The position numbers and the translations under genes are program-made. Under the pieces are notes generated by a model that saw only the letters and a program-made list of their open reading frames with translations, was not told the origin of the DNA and made no database searches. Positions 26,328-35,303 of a stretch of DNA of 44,475 bases are shown here, piece after piece; positions within the stretch are counted from its first letter, which is position 1, and each line of letters starts with the position of its first letter. This stretch comes from a virus: IMG/VR virus record IMGVR_UViG_3300017691_000001, positions 1 to 44,475 of that record, one strand, 5' to 3'.

Positions 26328-26528
26328 CTAGACATTGGTGGTTTTGGCAAGGGCCTTAGCAGCCGTGTCGCGTGCCAGCAGAAACGCGTGGAACAGCGCC
26401 ATGCTGTCGTCCTTTTGCAATTCCGCTGGGTTGATAGCGACTATAGCCTCTAGCGCCGCCTCCATCCGAGCGATCCGCTCGGCCTTGCGGGTGCGGTAGG
26501 CGCGGGAGTGATCGGCTAGGGTTTTCAT
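26328..26528 (-). CDS. Hypothetical protein (66 aa)
   Basis: ATG with an ATGA overlap to the upstream gene. Confidence 0.6.
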   Translation of the reverse strand: MKTLADHSRAYRTRKAERIARMEAALEAIVAINPAELQKDDSMALFHAFLLARDTAAKALAKTTNV

Positions 26529-26836
26529 GCTATCTGATCCAGAACGCTTGTCGTTTCGACAGACTCGGAACCGTCATACTCACGGATGCGATACGCGGTG
26601 CCTTCGGGCAGCCATTCAACTGTTAGGTCTGTCGCGCCCAACACGCACACATAATCGAGCTGATGATCATCACGACCGATTTGCTCAGCTAGCGCGGCCA
26701 CATCTTTGCCCGCCTCATATGCCTCGATAAGGCGGCGGTCAGTTGCCATCCAAGGTTCGCCCCAAGACGACCAACCTGCCCCATACCCCGGAGAATAAAG
26801 AATTGCGACCTGACCATTCCTAACCAGCTTTTCCAT
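26525..26836 (-). CDS. Hypothetical protein (103 aa)
   Basis: ATG preceded by GGGAGAGGAG. YSPGYGAGWSSWGEPW is a motif I recall from other phage proteins of unknown function. Confidence 0.68.
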   Translation of the reverse strand: MEKLVRNGQVAILYSPGYGAGWSSWGEPWMATDRRLIEAYEAGKDVAALAEQIGRDDHQLDYVCVLGATDLTVEWLPEGTAYRIREYDGSESVETTSVLDQIA

Positions 26837-26916
26837 GTAGCGTCTCCTCTCCCACTTTCATGACGCCATATCGCCACACCGTCAACCCCGCGATGTGGGT
26901 TTTTTGTGGGTGCGTG

Positions 26917-27189
26917 CTAAGCTCCCAAGGTTCTATAGACCGGCAGGCCCCAAGCCTCGCCAACCTCACTGGCGCAACCGCCGAACTTCTCCTCCGTGAA
27001 CACGCCGCGCTCCAAGCGCCACAGGAATGCCCCGCGCTGCGCGCCTTGCCTGCTCGCGAACCACAGATCCTGCTTGACGGTGTGGTGATCACGGTAGCGC
27101 ACCACCCAGCCGCCCTCGGCCTCGTAAACATCCGGTTCGGACTCTTCATAAAAGCGGTGGCCCTGGGGAAAGAGAATGTAAGCGGTCAT
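26917..27189 (-). CDS. Hypothetical protein (90 aa)
   Basis: ATG preceded by GAGAGGAA. First gene after the AT-rich intergenic region. Confidence 0.62.
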   Translation of the reverse strand: MTAYILFPQGHRFYEESEPDVYEAEGGWVVRYRDHHTVKQDLWFASRQGAQRGAFLWRLERGVFTEEKFGGCASEVGEAWGLPVYRTLGA

Positions 27190-27229
27190 GGTTCAATTCC
27201 TCTCAATGCGAACAGGATGGATCGGGAAA

Positions 27230-27398
27230 GTGGCGGAAGTCCTAACGATTTTCATAATTTTAGAATTATATAAATATATAAATATATACCCCTCCCTATC
27301 TCTCCGGGGTGTATAAGGTACTCTGCACATTATGTGTGTCTGTATGCATATACGTACCTATAAGTGAAAATTGTGAAATTGTGCGCAACGTGGCGGAA
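27230..27398. promoter_or_regulatory. AT-rich, repeat-dense intergenic region; candidate replication origin and/or promoter
   Basis: (TATATAAA)x2.75 at 27267-27288 inside a 25-nt pure A/T run. GTGGCGGAA at 27230-38 and 27390-98. GTGAAA(A)TT tandem at 27364-80. Palindromes CACATTATGTG (27326-36), TATGCATA and TACGTA. Confidence 0.55.
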
Positions 27399-27432
27399 AA
27401 CTGCGGTTTTTTAGCCTTCGCGCCTCAGAATG

Positions 27433-29751
27433 CTAAAAATCCTGAACCGCCTCATACGACCGAAACGCCTTTCCGTTACGGGGGTGTACCGACTCTTGGC
27501 AGCGGAGCTTGCCGGTTTTGGACAGCCGTTGAAGCTGGGAAAGGATGTCGTCCTTTTTAAAAAGCCGCTGGAGGCGAGCGACAATGACGCCCTCCTTCTC
27601 TCCGCCATCCTTGCAGGCAAGGTTGGTGATACGCGCTGTCATGGCCTCCAGAGGGTCGTGCTTGACGCTATCGTTGCCGATGACCTCGCGGATCTTTTCC
27701 TCGATATCCCGGCGCACCAGCGCAAACGCCCAGCGGACATGCTCGGCAGTGCGCAGGCGCTCGGGTATGGCAAGGATCAGGGAGACCTTGGAGACGATCT
27801 CATAGCCGCCAAGGTACAGCGACTCCATTTCGGTTTCCTTGCGCGCCTCCGCTTGCTCCTCCATCCAGTCCAGCACCTGATCCAGCATTTCCCGCGCGTT
27901 GGTGTCGGATGGAATGGGGGAGGGCTCGTCATAGTTTTCGACACGGAATGGGGCCTGACCATCATACTCGCCCCCGGTCCAGATCGCGCGGACGTAGTTT
28001 CCGATGTGCTCGGGCAGCTTGGTCCGCTGCATCATCCGCCTGGCCTTCGGGACCGTCTCACGTTCGTGGAACACCAGCGAGCGACCAATAAAGCCGTTGG
28101 TGGCCATGTCCTTGGACATCATCATATCGAACTTGTTGGGCACGGTGACGCCCATCATCGATACGAACGGCCGTTCGATCCCGTGATCGATATTGTCGAG
28201 CGCGCGGATCAGGGACGCCTTGCGAGCCAGCAGGAAAGGCTTTTCGCCGTCTGCATCCATCATCTTTTCCAAGCCGGCCAGCTCGGCTCGCATGTCCTTT
28301 TTAAGTGCGTCCTTCACATCGCCAGACACCCCCAAATAATCGTCTGCCTTGCTGTAGGAGGCCATCAGCATGGCAGGGATGCCCTCTAGATAATGAGCGC
28401 CGCCCTTCGTTTGCGCATTGACGATCTTGCCGAAAAAATGCGCCACCTCATCGACCATGTAAAAACTGGCTTGGTGGCGGATGAGATTTTTAACGATCTC
28501 CTGTTCGGACTTGATCGTGCCATGGCTGGCGGCATCGACGCCTGCCGCGCGCATGACGGCCATGGCCCCCTTGAGGACGGCATCCTTGCCGGTGCGCGAT
28601 CCTGCGATGCAGAAAGCAAACAGGTTGGCAGTCACGCCGGAAATATCGTCTATATACCGCAGCCCTCCAATGTTGCCGATCGATACCAAGGCTGCGGCAA
28701 CAGCGAGGTTCTTGCGCGGGCGAAACGACTGGCTATCGATCCAATCGGCGACCTCCCCAACGAACCCCGGTGGGTCGGTTAGATCCACGCCTGAAATATC
28801 AAACGGCAGCCCTTCGACTGCGGCTGGTGATGGCGCGAAATGCTGATCTGGCACAAAGGTAACGGGCATTTTCCAACCGCCTTGTGTGGCATGATGGATC
28901 AAGGTGCCGATGGTGATCGGGTTGGCGGAGCGGCCGAAGCTGTACCACTTGTACATCATCTTCGACCCGTCGTGCTTGTTTGACGTGGCCGACCAGTCTT
29001 CCCACAAGGCATAGCCACTGCCTTGCGTGGCATGATGAATAGCCATGCCCATCGCGATCCATTCGTCATAGACCAGATCGCTGTTGGGAATATGGCTGAG
29101 CATGTCCGCGATATCGCCATGCGACAGATCAACTGCGTGGCCGTCAAACTCCGTGCGATGGCGCTCAGGCCGACGCAGCAGATCAATCATTTCGGCGGGA
29201 GCCGGGCCAATATCATCCGGCGATCCGTCTGCGGTATAGATCCCGCCGGACTTATGTGCAGAACCCGGACCCACTACATAGCCGGACGACTTGAAATCAA
29301 TGCCTGGGTATTCCGGCAAATGCGTAACCATGGCCACATCAGCGGGAGCGGTGAAATACAGATGCTGTGAACCGCCACCTGAGCCCGTTTGTACCGCAAG
29401 ACCCGCGCCTGCGATCGTGGGCACCACTTCCAGCAGCTTGCGGTAGCTTTCAACGCCACCGTTACGCGCATCGATATCGATGACCAGAAGGCCCCGGCAC
29501 AACACTCCGTAACCGGTATCGAGATGGCCCGCCTGCTCCATGGACTCGACCTGATCTTCGTCCCAATCAGGCGTATGCTGCCAATTGCTGGCGCGAGGAT
29601 GCTTAGAAACCGCCTCGCAATCCGAATGCCCACACTCGCAGCGCCCGCTGGTATGAAAGCGATAGATCGGAAAAATGCGATGCCCCGCTTCCATGAATTC
29701 CCGATACATCATGCGGCCGATCTGAGGCCGTAACGCCACCACATTGCTCAT
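27433..29751 (-). CDS. Primase-polymerase (Prim-Pol) / PriCT / C-terminal NTPase-like replication protein (772 aa)
   Basis: Prim-Pol motifs LLVIDIDARNGG, GGGSQHLYF and GIDFKSSGYVVGPGSAH. PriCT-like YDEWIAMGMAIHHAT..WEDWS. P-loop-like IAGSRTGKD in the C-terminal half. Confidence 0.85.
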   Translation of the reverse strand: MSNVVALRPQIGRMMYREFMEAGHRIFPIYRFHTSGRCECGHSDCEAVSKHPRASNWQHTPDWDEDQVESMEQAGHLDTGYGVLCRGLLVIDIDARNGGVESYRKLLEVVPTIAGAGLAVQTGSGGGSQHLYFTAPADVAMVTHLPEYPGIDFKSSGYVVGPGSAHKSGGIYTADGSPDDIGPAPAEMIDLLRRPERHRTEFDGHAVDLSHGDIADMLSHIPNSDLVYDEWIAMGMAIHHATQGSGYALWEDWSATSNKHDGSKMMYKWYSFGRSANPITIGTLIHHATQGGWKMPVTFVPDQHFAPSPAAVEGLPFDISGVDLTDPPGFVGEVADWIDSQSFRPRKNLAVAAALVSIGNIGGLRYIDDISGVTANLFAFCIAGSRTGKDAVLKGAMAVMRAAGVDAASHGTIKSEQEIVKNLIRHQASFYMVDEVAHFFGKIVNAQTKGGAHYLEGIPAMLMASYSKADDYLGVSGDVKDALKKDMRAELAGLEKMMDADGEKPFLLARKASLIRALDNIDHGIERPFVSMMGVTVPNKFDMMMSKDMATNGFIGRSLVFHERETVPKARRMMQRTKLPEHIGNYVRAIWTGGEYDGQAPFRVENYDEPSPIPSDTNAREMLDQVLDWMEEQAEARKETEMESLYLGGYEIVSKVSLILAIPERLRTAEHVRWAFALVRRDIEEKIREVIGNDSVKHDPLEAMTARITNLACKDGGEKEGVIVARLQRLFKKDDILSQLQRLSKTGKLRCQESVHPRNGKAFRSYEAVQDF

Positions 29752-29921
29752 GCCTCTACGCCCTTTAGATAATCGGATAGAGCTTTGACGGCGCTATATT
29801 TTGGTTCCGTCCTGTCCTTCACCAGATTGTACACCACCTGATATGACACGCCGCTGCGGCGGCTGACCTCCATCAGGTTGCGGTCGGAAAGCCGCTCTTT
29901 GATTTCTGGCAGCGTCAGCAC
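29748..29921 (-). CDS. Small XRE/Cro-like HTH regulator (57 aa)
   Basis: GTG 29921 preceded by GAGGGAGAA. The longer 118-aa track ORF was rejected. HTH LMEVSRRSGVSYQVVYNLVKD. Its stop overlaps the primase ATG (ATGA). Confidence 0.65.
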   Translation of the reverse strand: MLTLPEIKERLSDRNLMEVSRRSGVSYQVVYNLVKDRTEPKYSAVKALSDYLKGVEA

Positions 29922-30004
29922 TTTATTCTCCCTCGCGAAAAATGTCGCTTGACGTGTAAGCTGGTTCGCTGGCACAAGCAACCCCGCAGAGAGAAGGAGA
30001 CAGC
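29922..30004. promoter_or_regulatory. Divergent control region between the HTH/primase operon and the recombination operon
   Basis: 83-nt gap. TTGACG is present on the plus strand, and GAGAGAAGGAG is the SD for the 30005 gene. The -10 assignment is uncertain. Confidence 0.45.
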
Positions 30005-30844
30005 ATGAGCATTCTGCAAAGAGCCTCCAAGCCGGAGGCTGAACCGTTCGTCGGCACCATCGTCGGTGTACAGGGAACCGGCAAGACCAGTCTGGCTTGC
30101 ACATTCCCCGATGTGTTTATGATCCGCACGCAGGGCGAGAAGCCGCCGCAGGACATTCCCAAGAACCAAATCCCGACCACGCTTGAGGTCGACACCGCAG
30201 ACGACCTTTGGGAGGCGCTGAAGGCACTTCTGCGGGAAGATCACGGCTTCAAGACGTTGGCGTTCGACACTGCAACCGGGCTCGACATTTTGTTCACGCA
30301 AGATGTACTCGGTAAAGACCCGACTGCGCGCGGCCTGAACCAGAGCCACGGAGGCTACGGCAATGGTGCCAGCATGGTGTCGGCCATGCATATGCGCGTC
30401 CGGAAGGCTGCCGAGATGCTGCGCAAGCAGAAAGGGATGCATATCATTTTCCTGGCGCACGCCGAGATTGTGGATGTTTCGCCGCCGGATGGTGATCCGT
30501 ATTCGTCTTACTCTTTGCGGCTGCCCAAGAAGTCGATGGCCCCGTATTTGGACAGCGTCGACTGCGTGGCCTTCCTTAAGCAGGAACGCATCGTGCGCGG
30601 TGCTGTGGAGGCCAAGGGCGAGCGCGGCGCGAAACCAGGGCGGGCGATTTCCAGTGGCGACCGGGTACTAGTGACGTATCTGACGCCGGCCATGGCGTCC
30701 AAGAACCGCTACGGCATTACCGACGACCTGGACGTGGTAAAGGGTGAAAATCCCCTTGCCCCTTGGATTGGCCTTACGCCCGCCCCCGCACCCGCCGTCG
30801 AGGACGACAAGCCTGACGCCACCGACTTTGTAGAGGAGAAGTAA
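30005..30844 (+). CDS. AAA_24 / Sak4-like RecA-family ATPase (ssDNA annealing accessory)
   Basis: Walker A GVQGTGKTS, Walker B-like TLAFDTATG, IIFLAHAE. Adjacent to a DUF669-type SSB, as in Sak4-SSB pairs. Confidence 0.82.
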   Translation: MSILQRASKPEAEPFVGTIVGVQGTGKTSLACTFPDVFMIRTQGEKPPQDIPKNQIPTTLEVDTADDLWEALKALLREDHGFKTLAFDTATGLDILFTQDVLGKDPTARGLNQSHGGYGNGASMVSAMHMRVRKAAEMLRKQKGMHIIFLAHAEIVDVSPPDGDPYSSYSLRLPKKSMAPYLDSVDCVAFLKQERIVRGAVEAKGERGAKPGRAISSGDRVLVTYLTPAMASKNRYGITDDLDVVKGENPLAPWIGLTPAPAPAVEDDKPDATDFVEEK

Positions 30845-30845
30845 A

Positions 30846-31403
30846 TTGTCATTCTGGAACCTGAGCGATGATACCAGCGCAACCGATACCGGCGCGGAAT
30901 TTGACGGCGGCGGCGGCTCCATGGAGCCTATTCCGGACGGCACCACCGTCCTGGCAATGCCGGACGATGCCAAGTGGGCAGAAGATCGGCAGGGCAATGA
31001 GCATCTGTCTATCCGCTGGACGGTGCTCAAGCCGGAGGCCTATCAGGGCCGCAAGATCTTCCATAAGCTCTGGGTGTCGGCTGACAAGCCCAAGCATAAG
31101 GATCCGGTGAAGTACCGCGATAAGCAGCTCAAGATGCTGGCTGCGATCGACACGAATGCCGGCGGCAAGCTGGCGCGCAAGCAGGGCAAGCCCACGGACA
31201 ACGAACTGGCACTGGCACTGGTCAACAAGCAGATGACGCTGCGGCTGGGCGTCTGGGAGATGGAAGGCGACAACGGCCCAATGTCGGGCAATTGGGTGCA
31301 GGCCATCGGCGACAAGGCCAAGCCGGTATCCGAGGGGCAGGCTCGCAAGCCGGCGACGACGCGACCGGCATATGACGACGACCTCGATAGCATTCCGTTT
31401 TAA
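30846..31403 (+). CDS. DUF669-type phage single-stranded DNA-binding protein
   Basis: TTG start 7 nt after GAGGAG. The C-terminal acidic tip DDDLDSIPF mimics the bacterial SSB tail (DDDIPF). Confidence 0.75.
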   Translation: MSFWNLSDDTSATDTGAEFDGGGGSMEPIPDGTTVLAMPDDAKWAEDRQGNEHLSIRWTVLKPEAYQGRKIFHKLWVSADKPKHKDPVKYRDKQLKMLAAIDTNAGGKLARKQGKPTDNELALALVNKQMTLRLGVWEMEGDNGPMSGNWVQAIGDKAKPVSEGQARKPATTRPAYDDDLDSIPF

Positions 31404-31568
31404 ACCCTGACCGGACCCCGCTTTTTGGAAAGAGGGCGGGGCGAGGATTGACCGCCAAGCGGGTTGTGATAGTGTTGTGGTTCGTGAGGCTAGGCCGGCC
31501 AGCTGAAAGGGGATTTGTCATCCCTTGCCTCACGCTAACAGACAGACCCGTGACAAAGGGATTGCGCT

Positions 31569-32246
31569 ATGACTGATATTATAACTCGTAAAGAAGCGCT
31601 CGCCAAAGGCTTGAAGCGGTATTTTACGGGCAAGCCATGCAAGCACGGCCATATATCAGAGCGCACCGCTTCCGGTTGTATAGAATGCCACAATATTCTA
31701 AGCCAAGACAAATATCATCAAAACATTGAAGCTGAACACGCAAGGTCCGCAAAATATCATGCGGCAAATAAGGAGCGCGCTCGTCTTTATGGCTTGAAGC
31801 ATCGCGCTAAAAATTCGGATAAGCTGAAAGCCGTTCGCAAGGCTTATAAAGCCGCTAACAGGCAGGAGATTGCGGCAAAAGCAAAAATATACAACGCCGC
31901 TGCCCGCGATAAAATCGCTGAACGTAAAAAGAAGTATTATAGCGAAAATCGCGAACAATACCGGGTTTATGTCAGAAATCGTAGAGCGATGATGCGTGAA
32001 GCCGAGGGCGTACATACGGCTGACGACGTATTGAAAATTCTAGCGCAGCAAAAATGGCTTTGCGCAGAGCCAACATGTCGTGCGGACTTACGCAAGATAA
32101 AGCGACACGTTGATCACATTATGCCGCTTTCTTTGGGCGGAAGCAATTGGCCATCAAATCTTCAATGCCTTTGCCATGCGTGCAACCGCAGCAAGTGGGC
32201 AAAAACGCCTGAACAATGGGCTCAACAGAACGGGAGGCTTCTATGA
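31569..32246 (+). CDS. HNH endonuclease (free-standing, homing-type)
   Basis: HVDHIMPLSLGGSNWPSNLQCLCHACNRSK. N-terminal RYFTGKPCKHGH...C..C zinc-ribbon-like segment. The gene is visibly AT-richer than its surroundings. Confidence 0.88.
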   Translation: MTDIITRKEALAKGLKRYFTGKPCKHGHISERTASGCIECHNILSQDKYHQNIEAEHARSAKYHAANKERARLYGLKHRAKNSDKLKAVRKAYKAANRQEIAAKAKIYNAAARDKIAERKKKYYSENREQYRVYVRNRRAMMREAEGVHTADDVLKILAQQKWLCAEPTCRADLRKIKRHVDHIMPLSLGGSNWPSNLQCLCHACNRSKWAKTPEQWAQQNGRLL

Positions 32247-33118
32247 TTATGCAGGGCACAGACGCTTGGCATCAAGCCCGTATCGGTCGGGTTACAGGTT
32301 CTACAGCGGGAGCAATTTTGGGCTTGTCCCCATTTGCAACCCGCGCAGATACTATGCGCGCTATGGTTCGCGCTGCCAAAGGCGCACCGTCCGAGTTTGT
32401 AACCAATCCCGCCGTGGAATGGGGCAAGTTCAACGAAGCTGGAGCTATTGCCGAGTTTGAAATGGAAACCAGCGAACGCGTCACGCCGGCACCTTTCATT
32501 CCTTACGATTGTTGGCTGGGGGCGTCGCCAGACGGCTTTGTCAGCGACGGCAAGCTGCTAGAAGTCAAATGCTTGTATGGCATTCGAAATGACCCAGAGC
32601 CTGAATTTAAGCAGGTTTCGGAATACCCACATTATGTCGCTCAAATGAATATAGAGGCATATTGCGCTGGCGTGCAGTCTGTCTGGTTTTATCGTTGGAC
32701 GCCGTATGCAACATGTTTGAAACTGCACCATCGCGATGATGATTGGCTAAATGCCAACTTGCCAGTGCTGAAGCAGTTTTGGTCCGAATATGTTGATACC
32801 ATCAACGACCCTGAAGCGTGCGCCGAACACCTAGCCCCCCTCCGCCAGGTCATCGACACGCCCGCAGCGCACCAGATGGTCGCGGAATACGACCAGCTAT
32901 CCGAGGCGATCGAGCTGGCGACGGAGCGGAAGAAGGAAGTCTTGGCGGAGATTGCGGCGCTGGCCAAGGGGCAGGATGCCCTCATTGCCGGGCGCAAGCT
33001 GACGAAGGTGGAGCGGGAAGGCGCGGTGTCCTATGCCAAGGCGTTGAAGGCGTTGGCCCCTGATGCGGATCTGTCGCAGTGGAAGGGTAAGCCCTCAAGC
33101 CACTGGCGGCTTGGCTGA
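32243..33118 (+). CDS. YqaJ-like (lambda Exo family) recombination exonuclease
   Basis: ATG 32243 after GGGAGG, ATGA overlap with HNH. Motifs GTDAWHQARIGRVTGSTAGAILG and SPDGFVSDGKLLEVKC. Confidence 0.85.
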   Translation: MIMQGTDAWHQARIGRVTGSTAGAILGLSPFATRADTMRAMVRAAKGAPSEFVTNPAVEWGKFNEAGAIAEFEMETSERVTPAPFIPYDCWLGASPDGFVSDGKLLEVKCLYGIRNDPEPEFKQVSEYPHYVAQMNIEAYCAGVQSVWFYRWTPYATCLKLHHRDDDWLNANLPVLKQFWSEYVDTINDPEACAEHLAPLRQVIDTPAAHQMVAEYDQLSEAIELATERKKEVLAEIAALAKGQDALIAGRKLTKVEREGAVSYAKALKALAPDADLSQWKGKPSSHWRLG

Positions 33119-34920
33119 TGTTCACGCCCCGCCCCTATCAGGCCGCCGCTATCGACGCCGCGAAAGCCGAACTCCGGCAAGGCGTCGACCCCATACTGAT
33201 CGAAGCCGCCACGGGTGCCGGCAAGTCGTTGCTGATCGCATATCTGGCCGAATGGCTACATGATATCAGCGGCGGCAAGAAGGTGCTGTGCCTGGCACCG
33301 CAGCGCGAGCTGGTGATCCAAAACGCCGCCAAGTACAAGGCGCTGGGTGCGCCCTGCTCGCTGTTCTCCGCCAGTGCCGGGGCAAAGTCCACACGCCATG
33401 CGGTCATATTCGGTACGCCCGGCACCGTGTCACGGTCTATCTCGCGTTTTCTGGATGGCTATTGCGCTGTCGTGGTGGACGAGGCCCATGGCATGACGCC
33501 GACCGTGCGCAGCATTATCGAGGCCATGCAGGCGGCTAACCCCCGTCTGCGGGTCATCGGGACCACTGCGACGCCTTTCCGTCTGGGGGAGGGCTATATC
33601 TACCGTATCGACCCGGATGGAAAAGCCAATGGCGATGATACGTGCCGCGACCCGTACTTTCTGAAATGCGTCTATCGCATCCAGGCGCAAGACCTGATCG
33701 ACCAGGGGTATCTGACCCGGCCGGCGGTATCGGCCACGGGGGCCGCCGCCTATGACACATCAGGCTTGCAGCTACAGCGCAACGGTCATTTTGCTCCTAG
33801 CGCGGTGGACCAGGCTTTCGTCGGTCATGGCCGCAAGACCGCCAGCATCGTGGCGGACGTAGTGTCGCGCGCGGGAGGGGCGATGGGCGTGGTGTTCTTC
33901 GCTGCAACCATCCAGCACGGGCAGGAGATTTTGGCGTCTCTGCCCCCCAGCCTGTCGGCGCTGATTACTGGCGGTTCCAAAGATCGCGAGGGCATCTTGC
34001 GGCGCTTCGAAGCCCGCCAGCTCAAATATCTGGTCAACGTCGGCGTACTCACCACCGGCTGGGATTGCGCGCATGTCGACGTGATCGCGATCCTGCGCAA
34101 GACGGAAAGCGTCGGCTTGCTTCAGCAGATCATCGGCCGGGGCTTGCGCCTTCATCCTGACAAGCAAGAAGTCCGCATCATGGACTATGCCGGCAATATC
34201 GAGGATCATTGCCCGGACGGCGACCTGTTCGCGCCGATCGTGAAAGCCCGTGGCGGCAAGGAAGCCGGTGGCGAGGTGAAAGCCGAATGCCCGGCCTGCG
34301 GCTATGAGAACGAGTTCACGCGACATAAGGACGCAGAAGGCTATACTCTCGACAAGAACGGCTATTGCCTGGATGTGTGGGGCGCGCGGGTCGAGACGGA
34401 ATATGGTCCCATGTCTGGCCATTACGGCCGGCGTTGTTTCGGAATGGTGCGCATGGTCGGCAATGACGGCCGGCACGATCGATGCAATTACCGCTGGACC
34501 TCCAAAGCCTGCGAGGCGTGTGGCGCGGACAATGACATTGCGGCGCGCTATTGCCGGGAGTGCAAGGCGGAGATTGTTGATCCTAACGAAAAGCTGACCG
34601 CCGACTTCCAAGCCATGAAGAAAGACCCGCACCACCCACAAACGGATGTGGTTCTGTCATTGGAGCTTAAACCGTCCGTATCGCAGAAGGGCAATGCCGT
34701 GGTGCGTGCGGATTGGGTGACGCCCTATCGCCGTTTCAGTACCTGGCATCAGCCTGAGGCGACATTTGCCAAGGCAAAGGCGGACTGGTCGCGGTTCGAC
34801 GCTGCTACCAGAGAAGGGCAGCCTGATACGGTGTCTTACGTCAAAGAAGCCGGATCGTCCTTCTACCGCATCCTGGCCTTCAATGAGCCGGCCGACGAAT
34901 TGGAGAGCATGGCGGCATGA
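33118..34920 (+). CDS. SF2 DEAH-box DNA helicase with C-terminal zinc-ribbon region
   Basis: Motif I EAATGAGKS, II VVVDEAHG, III GTTATPFR, VI QQIIGRGLR. Cys pairs CPACG..., CEACG...CRECK. Confidence 0.9.
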   Translation: MFTPRPYQAAAIDAAKAELRQGVDPILIEAATGAGKSLLIAYLAEWLHDISGGKKVLCLAPQRELVIQNAAKYKALGAPCSLFSASAGAKSTRHAVIFGTPGTVSRSISRFLDGYCAVVVDEAHGMTPTVRSIIEAMQAANPRLRVIGTTATPFRLGEGYIYRIDPDGKANGDDTCRDPYFLKCVYRIQAQDLIDQGYLTRPAVSATGAAAYDTSGLQLQRNGHFAPSAVDQAFVGHGRKTASIVADVVSRAGGAMGVVFFAATIQHGQEILASLPPSLSALITGGSKDREGILRRFEARQLKYLVNVGVLTTGWDCAHVDVIAILRKTESVGLLQQIIGRGLRLHPDKQEVRIMDYAGNIEDHCPDGDLFAPIVKARGGKEAGGEVKAECPACGYENEFTRHKDAEGYTLDKNGYCLDVWGARVETEYGPMSGHYGRRCFGMVRMVGNDGRHDRCNYRWTSKACEACGADNDIAARYCRECKAEIVDPNEKLTADFQAMKKDPHHPQTDVVLSLELKPSVSQKGNAVVRADWVTPYRRFSTWHQPEATFAKAKADWSRFDAATREGQPDTVSYVKEAGSSFYRILAFNEPADELESMAA

Positions 34921-35303
34921 CTTACAAGGTATACGGCACCCCCACTCCAGACCCATCCCCATCCGAAAAGGTGGAAATGGCTAGCTTCTTTAACCGCCTG
35001 CGTCGCCAATACCCCCATTTGGGAGCTATCGCGCTGCACATCCGCAACGAGGGTAAGCGCAGCGCCATGCAGCAGCAGGCGATTGTCGGCGAAGGTGGCT
35101 TTGTGAAGGGCGCGTCGGATGTGATCATTCCCGGCGCGCCCACATTTGTTATGGAGATGAAGTCGCGCGCAAAAACCGCTAAGGTATCGAAAGAGCAAGC
35201 AGCGTATTTGGAAACCGCAGCCGCTGCCGGGGCTTTTGCCTGCGTGGCGCTGGGGGCCGTTGCCGCGTGGGAGGCGCTGGAGGAGTGGAGGGACAAGCTA
35301 TGA
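34917..35303 (+). CDS. VRR-NUC domain nuclease
   Basis: PD-(D/E)xK pattern GASDVII...FVMEMKSRAKTAKVSKEQAAYL. Follows the helicase, as in many phage replication modules. Confidence 0.82.
   Translation: MTYKVYGTPTPDPSPSEKVEMASFFNRLRRQYPHLGAIALHIRNEGKRSAMQQQAIVGEGGFVKGASDVIIPGAPTFVMEMKSRAKTAKVSKEQAAYLETAAAAGAFACVALGAVAAWEALEEWRDKL

Noticed and set aside
31414-31441. Hairpin CCCCGC...GCGGGG after the SSB gene as a terminator
   Set aside because: The loop is 14 nt and can be closed only with several G.U pairs, and no U-tract follows. This is too weak to call.
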